Origin: Octopus bimaculoides
Taxonomy: Eukaryota
Reading direction: 5' to 3'
DNA length: 43,934 bases
Assembly: GCF_001194135.2 (NCBI RefSeq)
Contig: NC_068983.1
Location: forward strand, 14,718,852 to 14,762,785
Shown here: one piece after another, positions 1 through 11,370 of the stretch
Layout of the letters: each line of letters begins with the position of its first letter
Position numbering within the stretch: position 1 is the first letter of the stretch
Notes under the pieces: model-generated
What the model saw: the letters and a program-made list of their open reading frames with translations, nothing else
Database searches by the model: none
What the model was told of the DNA's origin: nothing
Translations under genes and position numbers: made by a program

Positions 1-143
1 ATTCTAAACCCCACATTGGTTCTGCAGGAATATAAATAAAACATAAAAAACAGACAGTGTTGGAACTCTTTTAAACAAAATAATATATTCCTCTATACAC
101 AATCATACAAAAAACCACCTTTTTTGTATTTATTTTTACTCGC

Positions 144-191
<48 letters not shown>

Positions 192-425
192 CTGTGTGTG
201 TGTGTGTATGTTTGTGTGCCTGTGCTTGTCGCCCCCCCAACATCGCTTGACAACCGATGGTGGTGTGTTTACGTTCCCGTATATTAGCGGTTCGGCAAAA
301 AAACCAATGGTATAAGTACAAGGCTTACAAAGAATAAGTCCTGGGCTTGATTTGCTTAACTAAAGGCAGTGCTCTAGCATGGCCGCAGTCAATTGGCTGA
401 AACAAGTAAAAGAAGAGAATAAAGG
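144..425 (+). mobile_element. SINE family A, 3' half with its internal (TA)n(TG)n tract
   Basis: Body 'catcgcttgacaaccgatggtggtgtgtttacg...ggccgcagtc...gaaacaagtaaaaga' recurs at 21765-21930 and, degenerate, at 42605-42810. Here and at 21725 it follows a TA/TG tract. Confidence 0.8.
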
Positions 426-600
426 ATATATGACAGCTTGCCTCAGTTACATAAACCATAACATTTTCTGGGCTGTATGATAAACCCATCACGTCAGATA
501 GATGGAAAAGGATTCTGATTAAATAGGCCTGTCCTACGAGTCCACGAAACGTTTAATCATGCGGAGCTAAGTCACACTATTATCAAAAATTATACTTCCA

Positions 601-830
601 TATACACACACATACACACACGCACACACACACACACACACAGACACATACACACACACAAACCATACACAAATATAGATATACATATGTGTGTGCGCGC
701 GTGTGCATCTCAGTGTTTATATAGATATACTTACACATTCTCACGCACGCACATACATATAGACGTGTATATAGAGATATATATGTACACACACGTATAT
801 ATGTTAACTTTTTCTTCCATCATTGATATA
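601..830. repeat. Mixed (CA)n/(TA)n microsatellite
   Basis: Directly visible dinucleotide runs. Confidence 0.9.
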
Positions 831-1503
831 ATTGAAATGTCGTATGTTCTTAAGTCTCTCTTCACCTTATTTCTCTCCTTCCATTTATTATTTTTTTAAC
901 CCTATTTACATATTTCGTCCTGTCTATCCTTCTATTTCTTTTTTCTTCCTGTTCCATTAATTTTTCCCCCTCGCTCGCTATGTCCTTCTCCTTCGCACTC
1001 CTTCAAAGCCTCTGTGATTCATTTGTTTTTGTAAAATTTCTTGTCTCTTCTGCTATATATATANNNNNNNNNNNNNNNNNNNNNNNNNNNNNNNNNNNNN
1101 NNNNNNNNNNNNNNNNNNNNNNNNNNNNNNNNNNNNNNNNNNNNNNNNNNNNNNNNNNNNNNNNNNNNNNNNNNNNNNNNNNNNNNNNNNNNNNNNNNNN
1201 NNNNNNNNNNNNNNNNNNNNNNNNNNNNNNNNNNNNNNNNNNNNNNNNNNNNNNNNNNNNNNNNNNNNNNNNNNNNNNNNNNNNNNNNNNNNNNNNNNNN
1301 NNNNNNNNNNNNNNNNNNNNNNNNNNNNNNNNNNNNNNNNNNNNNNNNNNNNNNNNNNNNNNNNNNNNNNNNNNNNNNNNNNNNNNNNNNNNNNNNNNNN
1401 NNNNNNNNNNNNNNNNNNNNNNNNNNNNNNNNNNNNNNNNNNNNNNNNNNNNNNNNNNNNNNNNNNNNNNNNNNNNNNNNNNNNNNNNNNNNNNNNNNNN
1501 NNN

Positions 1504-1608
1504 TATATATATATATATATATATATATAGATAGATAGATTGATTGATAGATAGATAGATAAATAGATAGATTGATAGATAGATAGATAGATAGATTGAT
1601 AGATGAAG

Positions 1609-1658
<50 letters not shown>

Positions 1659-1715
1659 ATACATACATACATACATACATACATACACACATAGATAAAT
1701 AGATAGATAGATATT
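1504..1715. repeat. (TA)n-(GATA)n-(CATA)n compound microsatellite next to gap 1064-1503
   Basis: Directly visible. Confidence 0.95.
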
Positions 1716-2659
1716 AGAACATGACGGAGTAAGGGAGAAAACTATGAAATTTGTGGCTCGTATAACGATATCATTTATGTCAAAGTCGACAATGGCTTAT
1801 CAACAGCAAAATGAAATCTATAAACCAAGACCCAATGCTCAATTATGTGCTGTACTACGATAGAATAATTCCTTTTGGTGTAGAGAAATTTTTAGTACAG
1901 ATCAAAACTGCTGTTCAATTTCGTGAGGATTTATCAAGCGTGAAGTACGAGATTCTCGTTTGTTATTTGCTGGACAGATTAGTGAAGATTTAAATACGTG
2001 GAAGCTCCTAGTTACAACTTCCTTCCATGTAGAACTATCTGGGGCAAGATCTTCCTGTTATTGTGTGTTCATAATGCAGCCTTTTAAGGTTACTTTCCGT
2101 GCATCTGTAAATCTTTTACGATGTACACTACATAATATGCAAACGCAAGTTCAGAATAGAAATTTACTTTTGGCAGTGAGGACTCACGTATTATGCTACG
2201 TCCATCTCAATGCAGTTGAATTTACTTGAGCTTAGCAAGGTACATGGTAGCTTGATATGTTGCCATGTCTGAGAATGTGGGTGCCACGGATTTTCTCCCG
2301 CCACTGTAAAAAAATGTTGAAGCCTTTTAGCATAATGCTGGTACACTGTCTAGGTTTGAAACACATGCAGGTTTAACGAACTTTTACGTATCAATACATA
2401 CACCTGAACTGGTATTTAGCAGTGGTGAATTTGTTTAGTTAGATAGTGTGTGGAATACTATTAAATATCTCTCAGTAAAAACGTCAAGCCTTAACGAGTT
2501 CTGCATTATTCTTTGCGTTGTTTTCTATGAATTTTTTCTCAACTCTCAAAGATACGTTCATTTCCTGCATTATTTAGGTTCCTCTTTTAATATAGTATTG
2601 TTTTTCCCATCTGTAACTAGCATGTTGTATTGTGTAGCTTTAAAGTAATTGTATATTGA

Positions 2660-2860
2660 TTTCAGACTTTTGGTATTAGGCCAGTATGTTCGGGGGAGCG
2701 GTAGGTTGATTACAACGATCCTAGTGCTCAACTGGTACATATATTATCGACTCCTAAAGGATGAAAGGCAAAGCCTGCCTCGGCGGACATTGGACTCAGA
2801 ATATAAAAACGGACAAAATGTCCCTAAGCATTTTGTACAGCATATGAACGATTCTGCCAG
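2660..2860 (-). mobile_element. SINE family B, degenerate copy
   Basis: 'actggtac...atcgactcctaaaggatgaaaggcaaag...cctcggcgga...actcagaa...ctaagcatttt...aacgattctgccag' matches the copy at 41993-42228. Confidence 0.8.
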
Positions 2861-3943
2861 AGTTTTTATGTCGCTAGTGAGTGTTACAGAGCTATTACTT
2901 TCTGGATGTCTGGTATGTTTCGCTTTTCTTGGGGTGGATTATTGTAATTATCCTATCCATCATTAAAATATGTGTCATTCTGATCTGCTACTAACTACAA
3001 TGAAGGCCATTGCTATATGGCTAAAAATTAGGAATTTCATTATTCCTTCATACTTAATGCTTGGTTATCTTTCTTATTTCTTTAAAATTTATAGGTAAAA
3101 TATTTTTATGCGAAATTATTGCTCTGGTTTACAAGTTTTCGCTTTATGAGCAATTTCCAGGAAGAAATTAACTCGTATATCGAGGCATTACTGTATTTAC
3201 TAGCATCAATTTTATTTTAAAATTGTTTTGCTATCTTATTTTTTATTTAAAATTTATCACGACGCGAACACATGACCTTGTGTTTAGAATGTTAGCCCTG
3301 CATTCATTAGATCGTCGGTGTCATTTCAGAATTAGTCCATGCGTTGTGTTCTTGGGAGATATATTTCATTTATAATTTCTCCAGCTGAAAATGAGTTGCA
3401 GCCCACCGTCGGCGCAACCTTCTTAATCTCCTCATGTCACATATTGGATGATCTAACAATCAGCATGTAATATTTATATACATATAGAACTACATAATCC
3501 AAAATGTATTTTCCTTTCTTAACACAACTGTGTTCGAGAGGAATGGAACACTGCAGAAAGTGTTTTTGTATTTACTGATCTCAGATGAAGCCCTGTCTTC
3601 TCTCTTCAACATAATATATGTAGGAAATCTAGAGATTTATTATTGAAATTCCAATGCCATGTCGAAATAGGTCGACCTCAATTATGTTTCAAAATATTCT
3701 AATGCAACTAATTCATTAGAACCATACCATTTAGTTGCCATAGTAGCAATAGTAAGAAAAGTCTTTTCATAATCCACGAAGACTAAAACTTTGTTGATAA
3801 ACAAAGTTTCCCTCTAGCAATTTTCAACAATCGAAAAACTTAATACAAAAGAAGTAAAATTAACGTAAATTATTAAAGAAGAAAATAAAGCTATATACCA
3901 GATATCGGAAAGAAATATTTTTTTGTCATAGCGATATAAAAAT

Positions 3944-4046
3944 GGATGCCTGGCGAAGACGTTTGCTTTGCAACCACGTCATTGCGTATTTTAACCAGTT
4001 GCACAGCAGCCGCGCAGCAGCTTGGGTAGCTTTTTTTCTACTATAG
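3944..4046 (+). mobile_element. Degenerate tRNA-like SINE head (probably family A 5' end)
   Basis: 'gtttgctttgcaaccacgt...cttgggtagc...ttctactatag' fits my recollection of the family A head. A related 'aagtgtcttctactata' lies at about 20011-20027. Confidence 0.4.
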
Positions 4047-4482
4047 TTTCAAGTTCATTAACATGAAAATACACAATACGAACAAGACGTACTTATATAT
4101 ATATATATATANNNNNNNNNNNNNNNNNNNNNNNNNNNNNNNNNNNNNNNNNNNNNNNNNNNNNNNNNNNNNNNNNNNNNNNNNNNNNNNNNNNNNNNNN
4201 NNNNNNNNNNNNNNNNNNNNNNNNNNNNNNNNNNNNNNNNNNNNNNNNNNNNNNNNNNNNNNNNNNNNNNNNNNNNNNNNNNNNNNNNNNNNNNNNNNNN
4301 NNNNNNNNNNNNNNNNNNNNNNNNNNNNNNNNNNNNNNNNNNNNNNNNNNNNNNNNNNNNNNNNNNNNNNNNNNNNNNNNNNNNNNNNNNNNNNNNNNNN
4401 NNNNNNNNNNNNNNNNNNNNNNNNNNNNNNNNNNNNNNNNNNNNNNNNNNNNNNNNNNNNNNNNNNNNNNNNNNNNNNNNNN

Positions 4483-4530
<48 letters not shown>

Positions 4531-5823
4531 ATATACTTAAAAGGTTGTCTAACCAAGTATGTATACTTGGTTAGTCGGAGTGTGACCATTGGTTTCGCAC
4601 TCTTACTGCTGCGAGAACCTTATAGATGCGCAAGCAATGGTCCCTTTCTGACCACCTATAACGAAGAACGTTTTAAGCATTACTGCCTTAAATGATGAAG
4701 TGTACTTCTTTTTGGATTTATTATGAACTACTTACCGACTTACCGATATATATCTGTTAGTGCGTGTGTGTGCGTCGGTGAAGAATATAAACGTTTGGGA
4801 AATCCTGTACAATCTCTTTCTTTCCCGTTGTTAGAATATCACTGGATCAATGTTTGGTCAAGTGGAAATCCATAATCTCGACACTATTGCCAATAAATTC
4901 CAATATAAAAACAAATAGCTAGATAAATGAATTTGGACACAGGCATCTATTATACAAACGATCCTGAATTATGTGTATCGGTCTTAACGCATATCTGTAT
5001 TAACACCTTCATGACTCTACAACTATCACGTCACTGCAATTTCAATTTAATGCTTATTTCTCATAATAATCGTAGATTAGAATGGTATTGTCTTAATACA
5101 TCCGCCAAGATAGAGAGATTGAAGGAACATCGCTGTCGTTCTCTCTTCTTATTTTGCACAATCACGTAAGTAAGGAACTGTAGGATTAAAGTATTAGCAT
5201 ATTGAAGCTTTGAATTATTGCTCAAAAATATTTCGAGTCAACTGAATCTTCTCTTGAATATGGTAAAGACTTCTATTTACCCACCTCTATAGAATATACA
5301 AGCTATCGTTGTTCATTGGATGGATAGTTACGTTTGAAGTACTTTGGGATTATTACTAACATGCTTCAATTACAAATTCGTGAATATGAATGATTATAAA
5401 TTAGTCCAGATTAATCCGGTGACAAAATGTAATTATATAATTCTACATTATCAACTCAGGATATACATTTGTTTACCACAAACCCAAATACTATTTTCTT
5501 GTAAGCCAAGATTTCTTCACTGCCAATACATACATGAGAGTCTATATGTAACATAAGTTTTTTTTGGATTGAAATCGTCGATATTTATCACTTGTTTAAT
5601 TCATAGTATTCAACATTATGACGGTTTATTTCCGATAAATTTCAATATGTCTGTAATATAACATTCTCTCATTTCTTCTTATTTAACAAACATTGTCTTT
5701 ATTAATATTCTCAAGTTCACGAACATAGATTTTCCAATCCTTAAACTTTACATTACTTTGAAGATTTGTAATATCATAGCTGTTTTTCTTAAACGTCAAC
5801 CGTCCTTTATGCATATCACTTAC

Positions 5824-5851
5824 CTTTAATCTTGGAAGTGGTGTCTCGTAC
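5824..5851 (-). CDS. Candidate 28-nt internal micro-exon (reads VRDTTSKIK or YETPLPRLK), unverified
   Basis: Minus strand reads 'gatttctgttacag|GTACGAGACACCACTTCCAAGATTAAAG|gtaagt', with consensus acceptor and donor. No homology known to me. Confidence 0.25.
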
Positions 5852-6272
5852 CTGTAACAGAAATCCATATTCAAACCACTCACAATCTGTATGATGTGTT
5901 TCATTACATGATTTGAAACGATATTGACTTTTTATACTGTTCCACAGTTTGTTCGCATTTGACTACGCAAATAACATATCTGAGACAAATAGACTGCTTT
6001 TCCACTGCTTTTTTTTTTCAGTTCTTCTACATGCTGTTCATTATAACAAAACCTCTTCTATGCATCTGTAACCCACAGTCCCTGCTTTGCGTTTATGATT
6101 CGTGTTGATTCGTTTCCAGGTTTTCTCATACGTTTCTCTCCCGTTTAGTTTTACTCTGTTGCTTTTCGAAAGGGTTTTCGGCCCTTTCACCGAGAAACTT
6201 CCGTCGAGCCTCCGGTGTGTACTCCATTCTTATACATGCTCAAATGTATTTCAATTCTTCTCATCAAGACTG

Positions 6273-6273
6273 C

Positions 6274-6342
<69 letters not shown>

Positions 6343-6390
6343 CACACACACAAGCATACACACGCACACATCAACACACACGAACACAAG
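6273..6390. repeat. (CA)n microsatellite
   Basis: Directly visible. Confidence 0.95.
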
Positions 6391-7817
6391 CCCTATGTTT
6401 CTCAGTATCTGAGTGGTTTTGCCATCACGTATTAAATTCTAGCAAATCAAGCTGAGTTTTTCCGTTGCATCCAAATGATAGATTAACTAGCTACTGTCTA
6501 TGGCTACCACCTCATGCGATAAAATGAATAAATAAAATAACATTGGGAAATTTTGATTCCATTTTCGCTCTATAATTGACAATTATAAAAATGAGTAACA
6601 GATGAATTTGCTTTGAAAATATCTGCAAATAAAATGTACAATGTAAATCCAAATAACTGCTCTTTATATGATACATGGGGTAGGCCTTTGAACAATCTTT
6701 GTTACACTATGCCAATAAGAGAGTCTGTACCTGATCAGATGAAATGCGATAAATATCAGTTAAATTTTCTTCGTTGTCTAATATAAACAAAATGTCACAT
6801 TCGATAATGTTATTGATTATGTAACTATAAATACTAGATGGTTACAGCTGATAAGCTTTTCATCAAAGTTTGGCTCAGTCAGACTGAGCTAGGGCTAAAG
6901 GATAACAATAACTTTTATCACATATTTTAATCATAATAACTGACCTGGTGTATCAGGAAATCTACTGAATAAAATTCGTTTGTTTGCTCGTCAAATTCAC
7001 TTGAATCCGCTAGTTATTCAGGCAGTACTTGTCTTAAATATTGTTAACTAATTTCCACATTTATTGATTGTGGTCATCTTTAAGCCATGTATTGAAATCA
7101 ATTCATGACATTAGTTCAGTTAGAACTTACTACAACAAGAATAATAATGATAATGAATGAAATCTCATGATTTAGATGTCAGTACATAGAAATAAATATG
7201 AAGAAACGCATAAAGAATATAATAGGAGAGGAGGCCAGAACGGATATAAAACAGTTGCTGTAAGATTTGTTAACGAAAATCAATGAAGTCTATTCATAGT
7301 TGAGTGATTCAGAAAATTGAATAATTCACAACTTCAGGAGACTGAAGAAAATTCGGGAACTTTGTACAAATAAAAGAAAAATAAATATTGCTTTTAAATT
7401 GTTTACAAACCAATATCGATTTTTTTATTCATTCGTCTTCAAATAAAAATATTTAAATGATAATTTGTTTTATTTCACTTGAAGTCACAAAAGAAGTATT
7501 AAGTTGGACTAATATTGCTACAAACGTGCATCAGATAGCGAGTTAACCTTTCCTTCCGAGTTAAAAGAATCTACTCCAGATGAATGTTCTCAATGTCTTC
7601 CTGAATATTGTTCCATTGTGTAATATTTACCAACATTTTACGTATTTTAAAATATTTTAATTAGCAGAGGATTGGCTGTACTCATTATTCGTTTCGAGGA
7701 CACATGTATTGATAAGAGGAAATTATTTTAAGGCCCAAATGCATGGAACGGTATGCATTCTGCTATATGCACATATTGAGCAGGGAGTGGTCATAAACCG
7801 AGGGGAGCATTCATCTA

Positions 7818-8968
7818 CAGGGTGCAAGCAGTATTTGAGGACACTTAATTATTACTACACTTCTCTCTTCAAACTAATTAAATGGTTTTTACTTCTTTCA
7901 GATAGGTTGCCAAATTAAGAGATGAAAAGATCTGCAGTCGTTTTTGCCACATGTACAGGACACAGCAATTTAGTCATTGTCAACTGTATAAATGCCGCAA
8001 GATTTTTTGATCGCGTATTTCATTGGCTGTGTTTGGCAGGACCGTTTCTACTGTATCGAGAAAGATATTCTAAACGTAACGTTCGGACAAGGACACCACC
8101 GTTCATTTAAGAGGTATAAAATACCGGTAATGATCCAGGAAACTCAATCAGGATCATCTCCACAAACTTCAGATCTCGAAGTGGATTATCAGAATTATGC
8201 TGCGAGATGATTCGATACAAGTCATATAATCTTATGAGAGGACAATTTGTCTGCAATGATAAAAGAAACCAGTTTAATGTGTGACGAGGTCTTACTCAAC
8301 AAGGCTAAACGAAGAGAAAAACTTCGGTTAAGACCAAATGTGTAGCAGTAGAAATGACAGATAGTTATGCGCAAATTCCTTTGATGTCCCCAGCGAGATG
8401 CAACTAAGTTGAGATGGTTTTATTTGTGGTAAAAAAGGTTAGGTCATGCCACCTCACATCTTTCCACAATGTCTCAGAATTTATGCTACTGAAGATATTT
8501 GTTTAACCTTAGATGAATGAAGGTCATTTGTGTTTCAGCACGACCCAGCATTTTTCTCTCGAAGACCAGGTAATCCAAGACTAGATGTCAGCACCTCTTC
8601 ACAATCTTTACGTTATTGGACTATCTTTATGTAACAGCCGAATTGTGGCCTCCAAACTCGCCAGATGTATATCCCATGGGCCACGACCTCTGGAACGTTG
8701 TTGACAGTTGACTTCCTCACAATTCCATAGTTTTACTAAAGGCTAACATTGTGCAGGCCATGTCCGAAATGAATAAGGACCATTTAATCCAGATATATCA
8801 GGGATTTCGGTCCTGCACATTGAGGCAGTCATCAAAGTTAGAAGTGGATTCATAGAATAATCTTCCAAAAAAATTTATCGAGATGTGCACAAATTTTGTC
8901 AACATACATTTGGCTTTTGCTATGTTATCAAATTAACAAATATGTCCTCAAATACACCTCGCATCCTG
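7818..8968 (+). mobile_element. Full-length but decayed Tc1/mariner element, maT (DD37D)-like
   Basis: Imperfect TIRs 'cagggtgcaagcagtatttgaggacac' (7818-7844) and 'atgtcctcaaatacacctcgcatcctg' (8942-8968), with TA on both sides (7816-17, 8969-70). Transposase remnants: VMPPHIFPQCLRI (8443), FQHDPA, WPPNSPDVYPMGHDLW (8646), and C-terminal IEAVIKVRSGFIE*. Confidence 0.85.
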
Positions 8969-10172
8969 TATAAGCGAAGAAGTACGTATTTACACATTTT
9001 TGATATTAAGAAAGAGAAAACGGTTTATTTTTTCGGCATCAAACTAATATAAATGATGAAAAGAGAAATTATAGTCTGTTTCGTTAGAACATCTCTTACG
9101 AAGTTCGTGTTTGATTAGAATCACATTCTCGACTTCCCATAACCAATACAGTAATATCTCTCTCACTTATTCTTCATTCCTTACTACTTAATAGGCAGTG
9201 TAAAATCCTTTGGAAATAACACCAATACCTATATAGCATTAAAATTGGTCGTATACATCATCGCTCGGCCTACTAGAAATATCAACAAATCCATTCTAAA
9301 TTACTTCATATTTTCTCAAAAATACGGACACATTAGTCAATGCAGTTCTGGATGTCCTTAATGATAAGATAGGATGCTTTCGTTGGGAATATCTCCGATC
9401 GCAGTTATACTCTATTTGAATGGAATTATACCTAAAAATTATAACGATCAGTGGACCTAATATCGTATAGCAGTGAGTATCTATAGTTGTATTATTGTCG
9501 AAAACATGAAATTGTGTTGCAGATATGTGGACAATCTTTACAAAATGAAAATGATTGTTTTCACCAAGAAGTTATATATATTCCAAACAACGAATAACTA
9601 GAGAATCTTTGATAGATTGCCAAGTAATTCCATCCCCTTTCAGGACAGTAGACTAAATCCGGCGTCTGGTTTAGCATCAACACGTTTGCGGTTGACTTCA
9701 GCGGAATCCAGTCAGTTGCATTCACTTGACTAAGCTTCTCGCATTAGTTTCGAAGGCCACGAATGATGCAGTGGGTGTCGTCATAACTAAATCATGAAAA
9801 TATATTTTAATCCTTTAAAAGTTTTCAGCTCTTAAAATGAAATAGCAGATAATCTTCCTATATTTTTTCAGGCGATTTGAACCCTGGAATATTATTATTA
9901 TCATTTTGCTTTATAGGTTGAAAACTATATCAAGTTTCATTTATTTTTTTTTTATTTAAAACAAAAAATAAGCTCCATTTTATATAATATCCCTGATTTA
10001 CCCGTGATTTTCAGGAATTATAATAAAACATTTACAAACACTGATATTGATGTTTTCTTCAGATTTCTTATGTATTCTTATTGGCAATATTTCAAATATT
10101 TCCAAAACCACTCTTCCGTCACCTTAGCTGTTTACTATATCGACTACCTGATAAAACTCTCACACTAGTCAC

Positions 10173-10214
<42 letters not shown>

Positions 10215-10808
10215 TTCTCTCACTCTCTCTCTTTCTCTCACACACACCCCTCGTCCCTTCTTCACAATCCTTACCGTACTCTTATTCACTATGGTTTCCA
10301 TCTTAATCATTTCCTGTCTCTACATCTAGCCAATTCACTCCCACTTTTTACTTCCGCCGGTCATTACGCTAAAACTCTCCGTCCTATTACCTTAGTTCGA
10401 TATATAAGTGTTTTTCTTTACCTCAGGGCAACGAAACTTATTGACAAATACAAACTATCTTGGAGTTTATTTCCAGCGGAAAGTCTGTAACCCTCTACTT
10501 ACAATTAGAATTAGACGAAGAGACACAATTTTATATCAATTATAAGTATCGTAGTTCATATGTTACTATAATATCGCAGCTTTAAATCTAGCTTCTTGAT
10601 ATTATAGCCACATATTATTGATTTGTTAGCCACTAGAAATACTAATGTCTTCCTGCCGAAGGATAACACTTCGTATATCTTCGGAAGAGTTGCATAGTGT
10701 GTGCTTGAGTGAGATATTTAGGCTCGGTCTACTCGCATTACGATACAGTCCTTGCGAAATATACACTACTTTAAACATTGTTAGGTCATTATGACGTAAG
10801 GAAGAAAA

Positions 10809-11026
10809 GGCGGCAAGCTGGAAGAATCGGTGCGCCAGACAAAATGCATAGCAGCATTTCCTCTGTCCTTACGTTCCGAGTTCAAACTCCAGCAAGGTCG
10901 ACTTTGCCATCCATCCATTCTGATTCGATAAATTAAGAACCATCCGAAAACTAGGATCAATGTAATCGACTAGCTTCCTCCCCCAAAAGTTCAGATTTTG
11001 AGCCTAACGTAGAAATGATTATTAGC
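10809..11026 (+). mobile_element. SINE family B (tRNA-derived), copy 1 of a head-to-tail trio
   Basis: Head 'ggcggcaagctggaagaatcg', B box 'gagttcaaactcc', core 'gtcgactttgcc..catcc..gataaattaag'. Flanked by taaggaagaaaa (10797-10808) and taaggaacaaaa (11027-11038). Confidence 0.85.
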
Positions 11027-11044
11027 TAAGGAACAAAACAAAAT

Positions 11045-11260
11045 GGCGGCGAGCTGGCAGAATTATTACCCTGCTGGGAAAAGTGCTTAGCGGCATTCCA
11101 TCTGGTTTGTGTTCAGGGTACAAATGCCGCTGAAGTCAACTTTGGCTTTCATTCTTTCATGCTCGATAAAAGAAGTATCAGTTATGCACGGGGGTCGATG
11201 TAACCGACTTAGTCTCTTCTCAAGTATACTTTCATTGTATCAAAAATTAGAAAGAATTAC
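11045..11260 (+). mobile_element. SINE family B, copy 2 of the trio
   Basis: 'ggcggcgagctggcagaatt...gcttagcggcatt...gataaaagaagtatcagt...ggggtcgatgtaaccgactta'. Confidence 0.85.
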
Positions 11261-11273
11261 TGACTAAAGAAAA

Positions 11274-11370
11274 GATTGCGAATTGGTGCAATCGTTAGCG
11301 TTGTTGGAAACAATGATTTACACTATTTAGACTTTAAGTTCTGAGTTCAAATCTCACCGAGGTCAACGTT
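11274..11370 (+). mobile_element. SINE family B, diverged 5' half (copy 3), fused directly to a LINE
   Basis: 'gcgaattggtgcaatcgttagc...gttctgagttcaaatctcaccgaggtcaacgtt' ends where LINE RT codons begin. Confidence 0.7.

Noticed and set aside
980-1692. Long ORFs spanning N-gaps (also at 4041, 21176, 24664, 31730, 32920, 34590, 39634)
   Set aside because: Artefacts of N runs and IY/HT/CV dinucleotide translations.
4635-4655. GQKGTI match to RNA polymerase second-largest subunit (SRHGQKG)
   Set aside because: Flanking residues do not match. A short chance match.
9646-9735. Terminal exon DSRLNPASGLASTRLRLTSAESSQLHSLD* after a good acceptor
   Set aside because: The opposite strand contains a SINE-B-like piece (ttccgctgaagtcaac), and there is no other support.
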